Shown: positions 28,140-40,745, counted from the first letter of the whole stretch. The stretch: 63,888 nucleotides of DNA, filler included, from Octopus bimaculoides (GCF_001194135.2; 5 parts of 5 records of this genome joined end to end with filler, not necessarily neighbours in it); one strand, 5' to 3'. Notes: generated by a model from the sequence alone, not told the origin. Numbers and translations are program-made.

Positions 28140-28370
28140 AATGTACCCGAAGATAAAAGGTGGGATGGTCACGCTTTGAATGGATTTGATCCACGTTTGG
28201 ATCAATTCAGGTTGGCCCGAGGTTAAAAAAACAGCTACAACATAATCTATTTCAGGACGGAAAATGCATATTAGCCATTCAAACACACCCAAAGTCTATT
28301 AACTTCATTTAAACATTTATTATTTGGAGGTCAAAACTTTCGTCGCACCAACTGCGACCTGGTCACTGAC
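28140..28370 (-). mobile_element. Penelope-like element terminus carrying a hammerhead motif
   Basis: Hammerhead at 28330-28370, followed by ~190 nt that runs into (TA)n. This matches the layout of Penelope-like terminal repeats (inference). Confidence 0.55.
28330..28370 (-). ncRNA. Minimal type-I hammerhead ribozyme motif, C3G/G8C variant
   Basis: GTCA-GTGACCA-G-GTCGCA-gttgg-TGCGAC-GAAA-G-TTT-TGAC: 4-bp stem I, perfect 6-bp stem II, GAAA core. Confidence 0.6.
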
Positions 28371-28377
28371 GCGATAT

Positions 28378-29308
28378 CATTGCGTTCAGTCAAAAGTTTT
28401 TGCAACATTTTGATAATTCATTTGTGTTATTCGTCAAGTTACAACAAAAGCAGCCTAGCGTTCAAAGTAAGGGCCCTCGTGTTGCACCGTCTGAAGGCCC
28501 CTTTTCGCCACCTTTTTGCCACCTTTTTTTGGCAGTTCTTTGATCTCACCCTGATGCCAGTTCTTGTCCATTGAGGCGAAGAACTCCTTCGCTGAAGCTT
28601 CCACCACCTCTTGCGTCACGAGCGCAGGAAGTGAGCCACGGATGGAAGCAAGTAATAACCTGAGGGAGCTGGGACGGCACTAGATGGGCGTGGCATCAGT
28701 TCAATTCCTTCAAGCTTCTGGAATTTATTCCAGGTCGTTCCAGCGGTCGAAGGTCTTGCGTTGTCTTACAGCAGAGGAGCTTGCTTTCTGCAAACCAATG
28801 CTGGGTGTTTCTGCCACAGAATGGCACCCATCCGCACCCACAGCTCAGAATTCAGGTTGGCATCGATGGTTCCAACTGTCCAGAACGAATTCGTAATGAA
28901 TTACCCCCCTCGTAAGTCCACCAGATGCAAAGCATCACCTTGTGTTTGAAACACCTTTTATTTTTCAACGGTTCCCAGAAGCTGGCTCTTGTTTAAGCAC
29001 TGCTTATGCTTGTTAGGATTGTGAAGAAATATCTCCTTTGGATTATTACCTGTTCCGACTCATGGCTCGCTTCCTGCGCTTGCAATACGTCATCAACAAA
29101 GAGGAGGTGGACGCTTCAATGAAGGAGTTCTTCGCCTCAATGAACAAAAACCGGTATCAGCTTGGGATCAAAGAATTGGCAGAAAGGTGGCTTCAGACAG
29201 CGCAACACAATGGCCTCTACTTTGAATGCTATGCTGCGTTTGTCGTAATTTGAGGAATAAAGCAAATAAGTTATCTAAATATTGCAAAACTTTTGACTCA
29301 ACACAATA
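28378..29308. mobile_element. Two mariner 3' ends in inverted orientation bounded by TIRs
   Basis: Minus 28440-28950: KVMLCIWW...DNARP...YYLLPSVAHFL...KEFFASMDKNWHQGEIKEL. Plus 29030-29240: DYYLFRLMARFL...KEFFASMNKNRYQLGIKELAERWLQ. TIRs cattgcgttcagtcaaaag / cttttgactcaacacaata. Confidence 0.85.
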
Positions 29309-30709
29309 TTGCAATTATTGTAATATGACATTCCTAAATCCCTCATTGACACTCCAGGAATTGTTACCTTCCGAAAATCCCACGGTTTTCTGGTCCTTTA
29401 CCTTCCTCTTCAATGTCTGGACAAATGCTGCACCGATCTACAGATATCAAGTCAACCTACAGAGCTATGACACGTTCCTTCTAGCTTACATCATCTGGCT
29501 TACAACCATATTTCAGCATTGGTCGGTAATTGGTTCTAGATATTATTAATCATTCATGCGTAAAATGACATAGCACAAAAAAGACATTAAAAGACAAATT
29601 AACTCATATCTGTTTAATAAATTTTCTAAGGTATTTTTATTTGATTTTTCACATCAGTTTTTGGTTTTCAGGGGGATTTTTTTTTTCTTTTTTTTTTTAT
29701 ATGTATATAATTTTATACTTTTATATATGTTCGCTAAGACCGTCGTAAAGCAGGATAAGCCAACTGAAGTTAAAGTTTATTTTTCCTGTTAATTTCTTCG
29801 AAATAAGGAAAAATAGGCATAGGAGCGGCTGTGTGGTAAGTAGCTTGCTTACGAACCACCTGAATTTTGCAAGACGCATCAAGTTACGCATTGAAAATTA
29901 TGGAAATCATTTTGAAAATATTATTTATTAACATAATAATTAAATAAAATTGTTTTGTCTTAAAAGTATGCGTTAATCCCATGGACCCANNNNNNNNNNN
30001 NNNNNNNNNNNNNNNNNNNNNNNNNNNNNNNNNNNNNNNNNNNNNNNNNNNNNNNNNNNNNNNNNNNNNNNNNNNNNNNNNNNNNNNNNNNNNNNNNNNN
30101 NNNNNNNNNNNNNNNNNNNNNNNNNNNNNNNNNNNNNNNNNNNNNNNNNNNNNNNNNNNNNNNNNNNNNNNNNNNNNNNNNNNNNNNNNNNNNNNNNNNN
30201 NNNNNNNNNNNNNNNNNNNNNNNNNNNNNNNNNNNNNNNNNNNNNNNNNNNNNNNNNNNNNNNNNNNNNNNNNNNNNNNNNNNNNNNNNNNNNNNNNNNN
30301 NNNNNNNNNNNNNNNNNNNNNNNNNNNNNNNNNNNNNNNNNNNNNNNNNNNNNNNNNNNNNNNNNNNNNNNNNNNNNNNNNNNNNNNNNNNNNNNNNNNN
30401 NNNNNNNNNNNNNNNNNNNNNNNNNNNNNNNNNNNNNNNNNNNNNNNNNNNNNNNNNNNNNNNNNNNNNNNNNNNNNNNNNNNNNNNNNNNNNNNNNNNN
30501 NNNNNNNNNNNNNNNNNNNNNNNNNNNNNNNNNNNNNNNNNNNNNNNNNNNNNNNNNNNNNNNNNNNNNNNNNNNNNNNNNNNNNNNNNNNNNNNNNNNN
30601 NNNNNNNNNNNNNNNNNNNNNNNNNNNNNNNNNNNNNNNNNNNNNNNNNNNNNNNNNNNNNNNNNNNNNNNNNNNNNNNNNNNNNNNNNNNNNNNNNNNN
30701 NNNNNNNNN

Positions 30710-30744
<35 letters not shown>

Positions 30745-30985
30745 TCACTGAACTTTATACCCATCCCTCTCGCCCCACCCTTCGCTTAACAGATGGCGTT
30801 TCTGCAACATGTCTTACACGCTATTTCATATTTTGTGCAACACGTGTGTGTGTGTGTGTGTGTGTGTACTTTATGTACTTGTAGTGTATGTATGTATGTA
30901 TGTATGTATGTATGTATGCATGTATGTATGCATGTATATATTGTATGTATGTATGTATGCATGCATGTATGTACGNNNNNNNNNN

Positions 30986-31062
30986 CACCGCTACTACTAC
31001 TACCAATGCTACTACTACCACCGCTTCTACTGCTACTACTACCGCTACTGCTACTACTACCG

Positions 31063-31093
<31 letters not shown>

Positions 31094-31170
31094 TACTACT
31101 ACTACTATTACCCCCGTTACAACTACTACCACTACTACTTCTACCGCTACAACAACAACTACTACTACTA
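30986..31170. repeat. (CTA/CCA)n degenerate trinucleotide repeat
   Basis: Visible run that produces the poly-T/Y/L pseudo-ORFs. Confidence 0.9.
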
Positions 31171-31835
31171 TTACTACACTATATGAAAATTGCGTAAATC
31201 CAAGTGACGAGTAATGTCCAGCTGCAGTCAATTACCTCTCCCCGCTACCACCAATGTGCTTTCTCCTCTCCCATCATGGCCTACCTCACCTCCCTCCCAC
31301 CCTCTGCCAGTGGGAGGTAAGGTGGTAGAATACTTTTACATGCTTTTATAGTTCCGATTGAATTCTTGAAATACGAATTAACCGGTCTCTTTCTTTGTCA
31401 AGGAAGCCCCAGGTTTCTCCCTGCGATTACTTTAACATTTGCAAGCATTTCAAAGTGCTCCACTGATTATAGAAATAATTGTAAATGTATAACCTGAGCA
31501 GAGAAGTTTCTAGAAGCTGCAGTCGCCTGGCCGACCTCTGTAACAGTACATATTATTTTCGTTTAGGGGATGTATGTGTGTATGCGAGAGAATGTATTTA
31601 CCTATTTGTATGTATGTATGCATGTTATCAATCAGTTTCATTTCTCTATTTCTTGTCCATAGAGAAAGAGCCGGACTCTAACATAGATTCAAGGCTCCTT
31701 CATTCGAACTTTTATCAACATCATCTAGGTATTTGTGCATATGTGTGTGTGTGTGTGTGCAGTATTTGGTGTTAGTGTATGCGCAGATTTGTATGTTTGT
31801 TTTGTATGTATGTATGTATGTATGTATGTATGTGT

Positions 31836-32300
31836 GGAGGCGCAATGGCCCAGTGTTTAGGGCAGCGGACATATGCACAAATACCTAGATGATGTTGATA
31901 AAAGTTCTAATGAAGGAGCCTTGAATCTATGTTAGAGTCCCGCTCTTTCTCTAGGATCGCGGTGTCGATTCCCAGACCGGTCATTGTGAGTGTTTACTGA
32001 GCGAAAACACCTAAAAGCTCCACGAGGCTCCGGCAGGGGATGGTGGCGAACCCTACTGTACTCTTTCACCACAACTTTCTCTCACTCTTACTTCCTGTTT
32101 CTGTTATTGTGCCTGTAATTCAAAGGGTCAGCCTTGTCACACTGTGTCACGTTAAATATCCCCGAGAACTACGTGAAGGGTACACGTGTCTGTGGAGTGC
32201 TCAGCCACTTGCACGTTAATTTCACGAGCAGGCTGTTCCGTTGATCGGATCAACTGGAACCCTCGACGTCGTAAGCGACGGAGTGCCAACAACAACAACA
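31836..32300 (+). mobile_element. SINE family D with a templated insertion in its tRNA head
   Basis: Full length, ends (AAC)n, inserted in (TATG)n. About 83 bp of foreign sequence at ~31870-31952. Confidence 0.9.
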
Positions 32301-32878
32301 TGTATGTATGTATGTATGTATGTATGTATGTATGTATATGAAACAGTTGTGCGATGGTGATGATGGCGGCATCAGTCTCTTCTATCAGTGCTTCTTGCTG
32401 GTTCTGAATATCTTCAGGAAATTGACTAGCATCACAGGAGTTGGTTTAAAGATCGCTATTTGGAAGAGCAGTTTTTCAGAAAGGCAGTGAAAGAAGCCTG
32501 TTGTCGAAGCTGTTTGAGCGTAAAATGACTTTAGTTTGGTTGAACATCGTCCCAGTCGTTTTAACTCCCTTTATATAATCGGGAGAAGGATCTTCACGGG
32601 AACTTTTCATGGCACCAGTGTACATTTTGATGTTAAATGCGAAAACCAAGCAAAGTGAGAATACTTGCATCGATTTAGATTGTTCACAGATGTGACAGAA
32701 CCCTGGGTAACGGTATTGATGTTATTGTTATCAAAGTCAGCATGATTATGTAAGCGAAATCCCACCTAGTGAAAAGTANNNNNNNNNNNNNNNNNNNNNN
32801 NNNNNNNNNNNNNNNNNNNNNNNNNNNNNNNNNNNNNNNNNNNNNNNNNNNNNNNNNNNNNNNNNNNNNNNNNNNNNN

Positions 32879-32910
<32 letters not shown>

Positions 32911-34532
32911 GACATGTCTCCAGTTCTATTAGTTACGTGTGAAAGTTCGTGTTGATAATATATTTTTGAGGGTGCGATGATACAGAAGTGAAACAAGACA
33001 CAAGAAGAAACAAACCGTGGAAAGATAAGAAGGGGAGCGGGAAGGGGGGAACAACAACAACAGCAACAGTAACAAGAGAAGAAAAAATTGGGGGGGAGAA
33101 AGAGGGAATCAACATTCACACAAAGTAATACATCTGCATAACTACATCATGTTGTATGACATATATATATGTGTGTGTGTGTGTGTATGTGTGTGTGTGT
33201 GTCTGTGTGTGTGTGTGTGTCACTGTGTGTGTCACTGTGTGTGTGTGTGCGTGTGTTTATGCATATATATATATATATATATACATCCATTCATTTATAT
33301 ACTGTATATATAAATGTATGTATATGGGTTTATATACGTATATGTATACATACATATATATATATATATATNNNNNNNNNNNNNNNNNNNNNNNNNNNNN
33401 NNNNNNNNNNNNNNNNNNNNNNNNNNNNNNNNNNNNNNNNNNNNNNNNNNNNNNNNNNNNNNNNNNNNNNNNNNNNNNNNNNNNNNNNNNNNNNNNNNNN
33501 NNNNNNNNNNNNNNNNNNNNNNNNNNNNNNNNNNNNNNNNNNNNNNNNNNNNNNNNNNNNNNNNNNNNNNNNNNNNNNNNNNNNNNNNNNNNNNNNNNNN
33601 NNNNNNNNNNNNNNNNNNNNNNNNNNNNNNNNNNNNNNNNNNNNNNNNNNNNNNNNNNNNNNNNNNNNNNNNNNNNNNNNNNNNNNNNNNNNNNNNNNNN
33701 NNNNNNNNNNNNNNNNNNNNNNNNNNNNNNNNNNNNNNNNNNNNNNNNNNNNNNNNNNNNNNNNNNNNNNNNNNNNNNNNNNNNNNNNNNNNNNNNNNNN
33801 NNNNNNNNNNNNNNNNNNNNNNNNNNNNNNNNNNNNNNNNNNNNNNNNNNNNNNNNNNNNNNNNNNNNNNNNNNNNNNNNNNNNNNNNNNNNNNNNNNNN
33901 NNNNNNNNNNNNNNNNNNNNNNNNNNNNNNNNNNNNNNNNNNNNNNNNNNNNNNNNNNNNNNNNNNNNNNNNNNNNNNNNNNNNNNNNNNNNNNNNNNNN
34001 NNNNNNNNNNNNNNNNNNNNNNNNNNNNNNNNNNNNNNNNNNNNNNNNNNNNNNNNNNNNNNNNNNNNNNNNNNNNNNNNNNNNNNNNNNNNNNNNNNNN
34101 NNNNNNNNNNNNNNNNNATATATATATATATATATATATATATACAAACATACATGCACCTCACACGCTCACATACACATGCATACACGTTCGCGCACAC
34201 ATACGCCCATATATATAGAGAGAGACATGCACATACTTATACACACCTTATTTGTATATACATTTGTTTGTATATATATGTCAGTGCGTATAAGTATTCA
34301 TGTATGTTTGCGTATATACTCCCATAAGAGTTCCTGCACAGAAGCATAGATGTTCTCTATTTGTTCTGACTGTATGAGGCCGGGAAGGCCAAGGCCATGC
34401 TATTTGTACGTGTCCGTATGTACACACACATATACACAAAAAAACATACACACACTCACTCACAGACATACAAATGCACGTGTCTACTTATCTCCTTGTT
34501 TATCTTTCCATCTTTCTATCTATTATCTATCA

Positions 34533-34569
<37 letters not shown>

Positions 34570-34899
34570 CCTAAATATGGAGAATTATCTGCATCCATAA
34601 AACTTGTTTATTATAGTCATATATACAATATATTCTCTTTAAAACTCTGTCTGACACGTGTTTCTACTGCATCGATATCCCAGAATGTGGTAACGAGTAG
34701 CATCCTGTTGGTTATCACCCAGATTATATGTACGCGCGCGCGCGCGCAGACATACGCACACATGTATGTATGCATGTATGTATGTATGCATCTATGTATG
34801 TATGCATCTACGTATGTATGTATGTATGTACGTATGTATGTGTGTATGTATGTATGTATGTATGTATGTCATTGTTTAGTTTTATTTCAAGATTTCTTA

Positions 34900-34935
<36 letters not shown>

Positions 34936-35074
34936 NNNNNNNNNNNNNNNNNNNNNNNNNNNNNNNNNNNNNNNNNNNNNNNNNNNNNNNNNNNNNNNNN
35001 NNNNNNNNNNNNNNNNNNNNNNNNNNNNNNNNNNNNNNNNNNNNNNNNNNNNNNNNNNNTATATGTACATGCTG

Positions 35075-35230
35075 CGGGCTTTTTACAGTTTGCGTCTACG
35101 AAATCCACTCACAAAGCTTTGGTCGGCTCGAGGCTATAGTAGAAGACACTTGCCCAAGGTGCCACGCGGTGGAAATGAACCTGGAACCATGTGGCTGAGA
35201 AACAAAAATTTTACTGCACAGCCACGCCTG
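35075..35230 (-). mobile_element. SINE family C head
   Basis: aaatccactcacaaagctttggtcggctcgaggctatagtagaagacacttgcccaaggtgccacg. Confidence 0.8.
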
Positions 35231-35511
35231 CCACATTTCATTTTTTTCTCTACACATTATAAAATCTTCAAATTTCCAATCGTTAGTAGCCACGTATAAC
35301 GCCATTTCATCCTTTTCTAAACCTCGTCAGCATAGCATAACCTGAGGTAAACAAAATACGCTATATCAAGCATTTTATGAAGCTCTGCTTTGATTCCATT
35401 TGTGTACTGCACACATGAGCAAGATTACTCAACTACACTTCCTCGCTCCATCATCTTTACCACCATATATATGCAATGGGTCTTAGCCGGAGTTCGTATG
35501 ACCTCTCTGAA

Positions 35512-35880
35512 GACGCATGGCTCAGTAATTAGAGCGTCAGACTCACAATCATGTAGCAGTGAGTTCGATTCCCAGACCGGCTGTGTTGTGTTCTTGAGCA
35601 AGACACTTTATTTCACGTCGCTCCATTTCACTCAGCTGTAGAAATGAGCTGCGACGTCGCTGGTGCCAAGCTTATCGGCCTTTGCCTTCCCTAGCGGCGT
35701 TGAGAGAGAATGTTGTTATGCATAGGTGACTGCTAGTCTTCCATAAAACAACCTTGGCCGGATTTGTGCCTCGGAGGGTAACTTTCTACGTACAATGCCA
35801 TAGTCGTTCATGACCGGAGGGGGTCGTTACCCGGACTTGTGCCTTGGAGGAGAACTTTCTAGGTGCATTCTCTTGCTTAT
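35512..35880 (+). mobile_element. SINE family B (CORE-like), full length, with duplicated tail
   Basis: gcatggctcagtaattagagcg...gagttcgattcccagacc...gttcttgagcaagacactttatttcacg. The tail block ttgtgcctcggagggtaactttcta is repeated. Confidence 0.85.
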
Positions 35881-36091
35881 TCAAAAGATTGGTTGACAAT
35901 CACTGATGTGTATCGTCATTAATAAACCACCTGACCTGCGATAATCAGCAGCTAAATCCCTTTCAAATTATACCCTACTATTATAAAGGGAAGCTTCACC
36001 AACACTACAGAACTCCAGCCTTCCCTACCACTATTCAGCCGATTTTAGATGGTGGTGGTGGTGGTAATGGCAGTGGTGATGGTGGTGGTAG

Positions 36092-36319
36092 TGGTGGTGG
36101 TGGCAGTGGGGAAGCTGTCGTAGTGGCAGTGGTTGTAGTGGTGGTAGTAGCGATTGCGGTGATGGTAGTTGTCGGTGTTGGTGGTGGTGGCTATGTTGAT
36201 GTTGTTGTTGCTGTGGTAGTGGTGGTGGTGGCAGTGGGGAAGCTGTCGTAGTGGCAGTGGTTGTAGTGGTGGTAGTAGCGATTGCGGTGATGGTAGTTGT
36301 CGGTGTTGGTGGTGGTGGC
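36092..36319. repeat. Two-copy tandem duplication (~120-bp period) of a GGT-rich sequence
   Basis: gtagtggtggtggtggcagtggggaagctgtcgtagtggcagtgg...gtcggtgttggtggtggtggc occurs twice. Confidence 0.85.
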
Positions 36320-36419
36320 NNNNNNNNNNNNNNNNNNNNNNNNNNNNNNNNNNNNNNNNNNNNTTAATTAATTAANNNNNNNNNNNNNNNNNNNNNNNNN
36401 NNNNNNNNNNNNNNNNNNN
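36320..36419. other. Artificial scaffold-joining spacer
   Basis: 44 N + TTAATTAATTAA + 44 N. Confidence 0.95.
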
Positions 36420-36638
36420 GTGTGTGTGTGTGTGTGTGTGTTTGTGTATCTGTGTTTGTCCCCCACCATTGCTTGACATCCAATGGTGGCATGTCTACGT
36501 TCCTGTAACTTAGCGGTTCATCAAAAGAGACTGATAGAATAAGTGCTAGGCTTACACAGAATAAGCCCTGGGGCCAATTTGTTCGACTAAAGGTGATATA
36601 TATATATATTACATACATATATGTAATGGATATGAGGA

Positions 36639-36680
<42 letters not shown>

Positions 36681-37084
36681 GAGAGAGAGAGAGAGAGAGA
36701 AATGTGGCTTAATGGTTAGGATGTTGTACTCATGATCACAAGATTGTGGTTTCAATTCCTAGACCAGGCAGTGCATTGTATTCTTGAACAAAACATTTCA
36801 TTCCACATTGCTCCAATCCACTCAACTGGCAAAATGAGTATTCCAGCAATGGAGTGGTGTCCCATCTTGTGGGAGAATATATACACCACAGAATCAAGGA
36901 AACCAACATTAAGAGCCTAAATAAAAGGAAGGACCTTTTATTTATTTATTTTTTATATGTAACTCCAAAGAAGGACTGGCTCCGACTGTGATAATTTCTC
37001 AATCCCTCTTAGCTAGCATTAAAAGCCAGATGTAAAATAGAAATGCTGATGACATTGATGATGATGAAACTAAATATATACATA

Positions 37085-37530
37085 TCTACTACATATGTGG
37101 GAAATTCTGTCTGTGAGTGTTTGTGGAGTTGTTAGCTAACTCCTCCTACATCATTTTATCAATTTTGATGAAACTTGACATGTGAGTAGAACTCATGTCT
37201 GGAAACCTCATGGTATACTCAGATTGTTGAAAACATTGATAATAGAACCCCTGGAAGGGATCCTTATATATATCTAATATATTTCATTTTAACAGTCAAG
37301 GGAAATAACCCAGTCAACCAGATTTTAACAGCCAAGGGAAATAACCCTTTCAATTTTCTCAATTCATTTGGTATGAATCAAATTGAGTATGCTTATTTCT
37401 TAGTATTTGAACTGTTAGTTATTTTCACAATTTATCCAGTACAATCATTAAATAAGTAAATAGTATCTTCCTAAACAATAGATCCACTTAGTTCGGTTAG
37501 TGACTTATTCACGAATATACCAACACTAGT
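37085..37530 (+). mobile_element. Possible non-autonomous Helitron/Helentron-type element
   Basis: Contains tcaattttgatgaaacttg and the internal repeat ttttaacag(t/c)caagggaaataaccc, and ends in ...caacactagt (CTAG). No coding evidence. Confidence 0.4.
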
Positions 37531-38129
37531 GCCCCTGAGGGTAATATTCTCTGGGAATGCACAAAAGCATTTTTTTTTCCTATATATATTTATCTTATTT
37601 TTAGTATATATTTATCTTATTTTTAGTATATATTTTCTTCATTGAGAGAATAAGTACAAAGTTAAAAAAAAAAGTGCTGGGGTCCATCTGTTTGACTAAA
37701 CCTTTCATGGTGGTGCCCCCGGCATGGTTGCTGTCCAATGACTGAAACAAGTAAAAGATAAAAGACATACACTGAGACACATACTACACATACAAGTTCA
37801 CACACATACACACACAACATACAAATAAATGATGACTAGCTGAGGTATTGCTAGGAGAGTCACAGAGAAATAATTAAATTGTCTTTTAATATATTCCATC
37901 ACTAATTTCAGTTCAAACTCTGTCTCTGACTGAGACAGAAATACTGCATTGTTTATGTCTTTTTATTCATTATTTATTTACATAATTGCTTATTATTGGA
38001 AGTAAGTAGTTTGCCTGTTGCAAATACTTGGTAGTATTTCAAAAATATTCTCCAAGAATATATCTTATACATATTTGTGTCCCCATATATCAATCAGTAT
38101 CTTTAACATAAAACATATTTAAATACTTA

Positions 38130-38362
38130 TTTATTTCTTTATTGCACACAGGGGGCTAAACGCAGAGGGGACAAACAAGGACAGAGAAACGGATTAAGTC
38201 GAATAAATCAACCCCAGTGTGTAACTGGGAACTTATTTAATCGACCCCAAAAGAATGAAAGGCAAAGTTGACCTTGGCAGAATTTGGACTCAAAATGTAA
38301 CGACAGATGAAATACCACAAAGCATTTTGCCCTGCGTGCTAACAATTCTGCCAGCTCGCCAC
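38130..38362 (-). mobile_element. SINE family A (tail variant b), CpG-decayed
   Basis: Homologous to 26460-26720, including the tail gccccctgtgtgcaataaagaaata. Confidence 0.85.
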
Positions 38363-38500
38363 CCTAACATATTTAAATATCACCTTACTGATGGGACACA
38401 CTGTGATATACATGTGTGTATGTGTGAGTGTGTGCATATATATATACATATATATTTACACATGCAAACACATTTATGTGTGTGTGTGTTTGTGTGTGTA

Positions 38501-39352
38501 TACAGGGTGCAGTGAATATATTGTGGTCTAAGTTATGCAAAAATGAAAATAATACTGACATCTCATTGTAACAGACATATTTACCAAAACTACATAAAAA
38601 TATCTTGAAATACTAAAGAGTAAATTTATTCAATAAAATCGCCATTGGCTTCAACCATGGCCTCCAGATGACTTCAGAATTTCCTGCAACTCTTCTGGAT
38701 GGTCTCCTTGTTTAAGCTGGTGAATGCTGCCATAATCCTTGCCTTCAGTTCATCTTTGGCTTTACAAGGAGTTTTGTTGGTCTGTCACTCAACTGCGCCC
38801 CACGTATAATAATGGGGGTTGCAGTCTGGGGAGTTTGATGGTCAGATGTTAGGAGTGATGTGATTGCAGAAATTGTCTGACAGCTATGATTGGGTTCTCC
38901 TGCTTGTGTGGCATGGTGCAGAGTCCTGTTGCCAAACATAAGGTCTTCCAGCAGCCACCCTCTTCACCCAGGGCAGCATTACCTCCTCCAGGCACTTGAT
39001 GTAGGCCTCTGTGTTGAGTTTGAGGCCGTGGGAGAAGCTGAATGGTGGCATAACGTTGCCATCACTAGTGATCACACCAAACACTATGTTGTTGACTGGA
39101 TGTTTGATTTTATCACTCTCGGTACATGTCCTCAGATTGCGTTGTCCTCGGATTGACACCCAAACACTCAGAGATGTTTGTAATATACCTTCTGGTGCAA
39201 ATGTCAAACAGTACAGCATGGTACTGTTTTTCTTACAGACAGTGCCCAACTGACCCTACCATACTGTGAAGTCGCTAAAATCAAAAACAAACAATGTGCA
39301 TGCATGAAATTAAAAATATGAAATGGTGACAATTTACTCATCGCACCCTGTA
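38501..39352 (-). mobile_element. Internally deleted maT (DD37D)-like Tc1/mariner transposon
   Basis: TA-flanked TIRs cagggtgc / gcaccctg. Remnant KHPVNNIVFGVITSDGNVMPPF...LPWVKRVAAGRPYVWQQDSAPCHTSRRTQ and a WPSNSPDCNP-like motif. Confidence 0.85.
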
Positions 39353-39359
39353 TATCTTT

Positions 39360-39560
39360 TATCTATTATCCTTTACTTCTTTCAGTCACATGACGGCAGT
39401 CATGCTGGAGCACTGCATTGAAGGGATTTTTTAGTCAAACAAATCAACCCGAGGACATATTTTCTTAAAGCCTATTACTTATTCTATTGGTTTTGCCCAA
39501 CCACTAAGTTATGGGGACGTAAACACACAAACACCAGTTGTCAAACGGTGGTGGGGGACA
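39360..39560 (-). mobile_element. SINE family C 3' half
   Basis: catgctggagcactgc...ggggacgtaaacacac...gttgtcaaacggtggtggggg. Confidence 0.75.
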
Positions 39561-39789
39561 AATACAGATATAAAGGCATACATACACAGAGACATATACA
39601 TATACATATATATATATANNNNNNNNNNNNNNNNNNNNNNNNNNTATATGTTTGCTGTTGTTTGTTCCTTCTCAAGCCATGCCTGGCTCATAAGGGCCAG
39701 TTTCCTGGTTTCATTGGCATATAGGTTCCCCACCTGGATGGGATGCCAGTCTGTCATATATGTGCCGATAAGGTAACGCTGGTAATGAC

Positions 39790-40745
39790 CATACTCAAAT
39801 GGTGCTTTTTACGTGCCACCGGCATGGGAGCCAATCCGTGACCCTAGCAATGATCACGCTCGGATGTGCTTTTAACGTTCCACTGGCACGAGTGCCAATC
39901 AGGTGGTACTTTCATTGGCCACATCAGTGATTTTGATTTGATTTCACTTGCCTCAATAGGTCTTCGCAAGCAAAGTTTAGTGTCCAATGAATGAGGGGTA
40001 TTTTTAAGTGGACTGGTTACACCCAATGGCATAGGCCATGGGCTATGATCTCACTTAGTTTGTTGAGTCTTCTCACACACAGCATATCTCCAAAGGTCTC
40101 GGTTTCTAGTCATCACCTTAGTAAGGCCCAATGTTCGAAGGTCGTACTTCACCACCTCATCTCGGGTCTTCCTGGGTCTACCTCTTCCACAGGTTCCCTC
40201 AACTGATAGGGTATGACACAGTTTTACACAGCTGTCCTCATTCATTCACAACACATGACCATATCAGTGCAGTTGTCTCTCCTGCACACCACATCTGATG
40301 CTTCTTAAATCCAACTTTTCTCTCAGGGTGCTTACACACTGTCGTGAATGCACACTGACATTATACATCTATTGGAACATACTGGCTTCATTTCTTGCAA
40401 GCTTACACATGTCCTCAGCATTCACGGCCCATGTTTCACTGCCATGTAGCATGGCTATTCATACACATGCATCATACAGTCTACCTTTTACTCTGAGCGA
40501 GAGGCCCTTTGTCACCAGCGGAGGTAGGAGCTCTCTGAACTTTGCCTAGGCTATTCTTATTCTAGCAGCTACACTTTCAGAGCATCCACCTGCTACTGAC
40601 TTGGTCCCCTAGAATGTGATAGAAGCTGTTCTCTGCACATTTTCAGTGTTTATAACACCTGAGCATTTGCCACATACAAAAGCTATCTTCCCAGTTAGCC
40701 CTCCGTAGATATTGCTGCACCTCTTATGTTTCCATAGCTTACTCT
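39790..40745 (-). mobile_element. RTE-clade LINE 3' end
   Basis: MNEDSCVKLCHTLSVEGTCGRGRPRKTRDEVVKYDLRTLGL...RDLWRYAV, plus a 3' UTR with gtgccac/gtgccaa repeats. Confidence 0.85.

Noticed and set aside
35290-35335. CTGACGA...GAAA on the minus strand as a hammerhead
   Set aside because: The sequence between the core segments cannot form stem II, and stems I and III do not pair.
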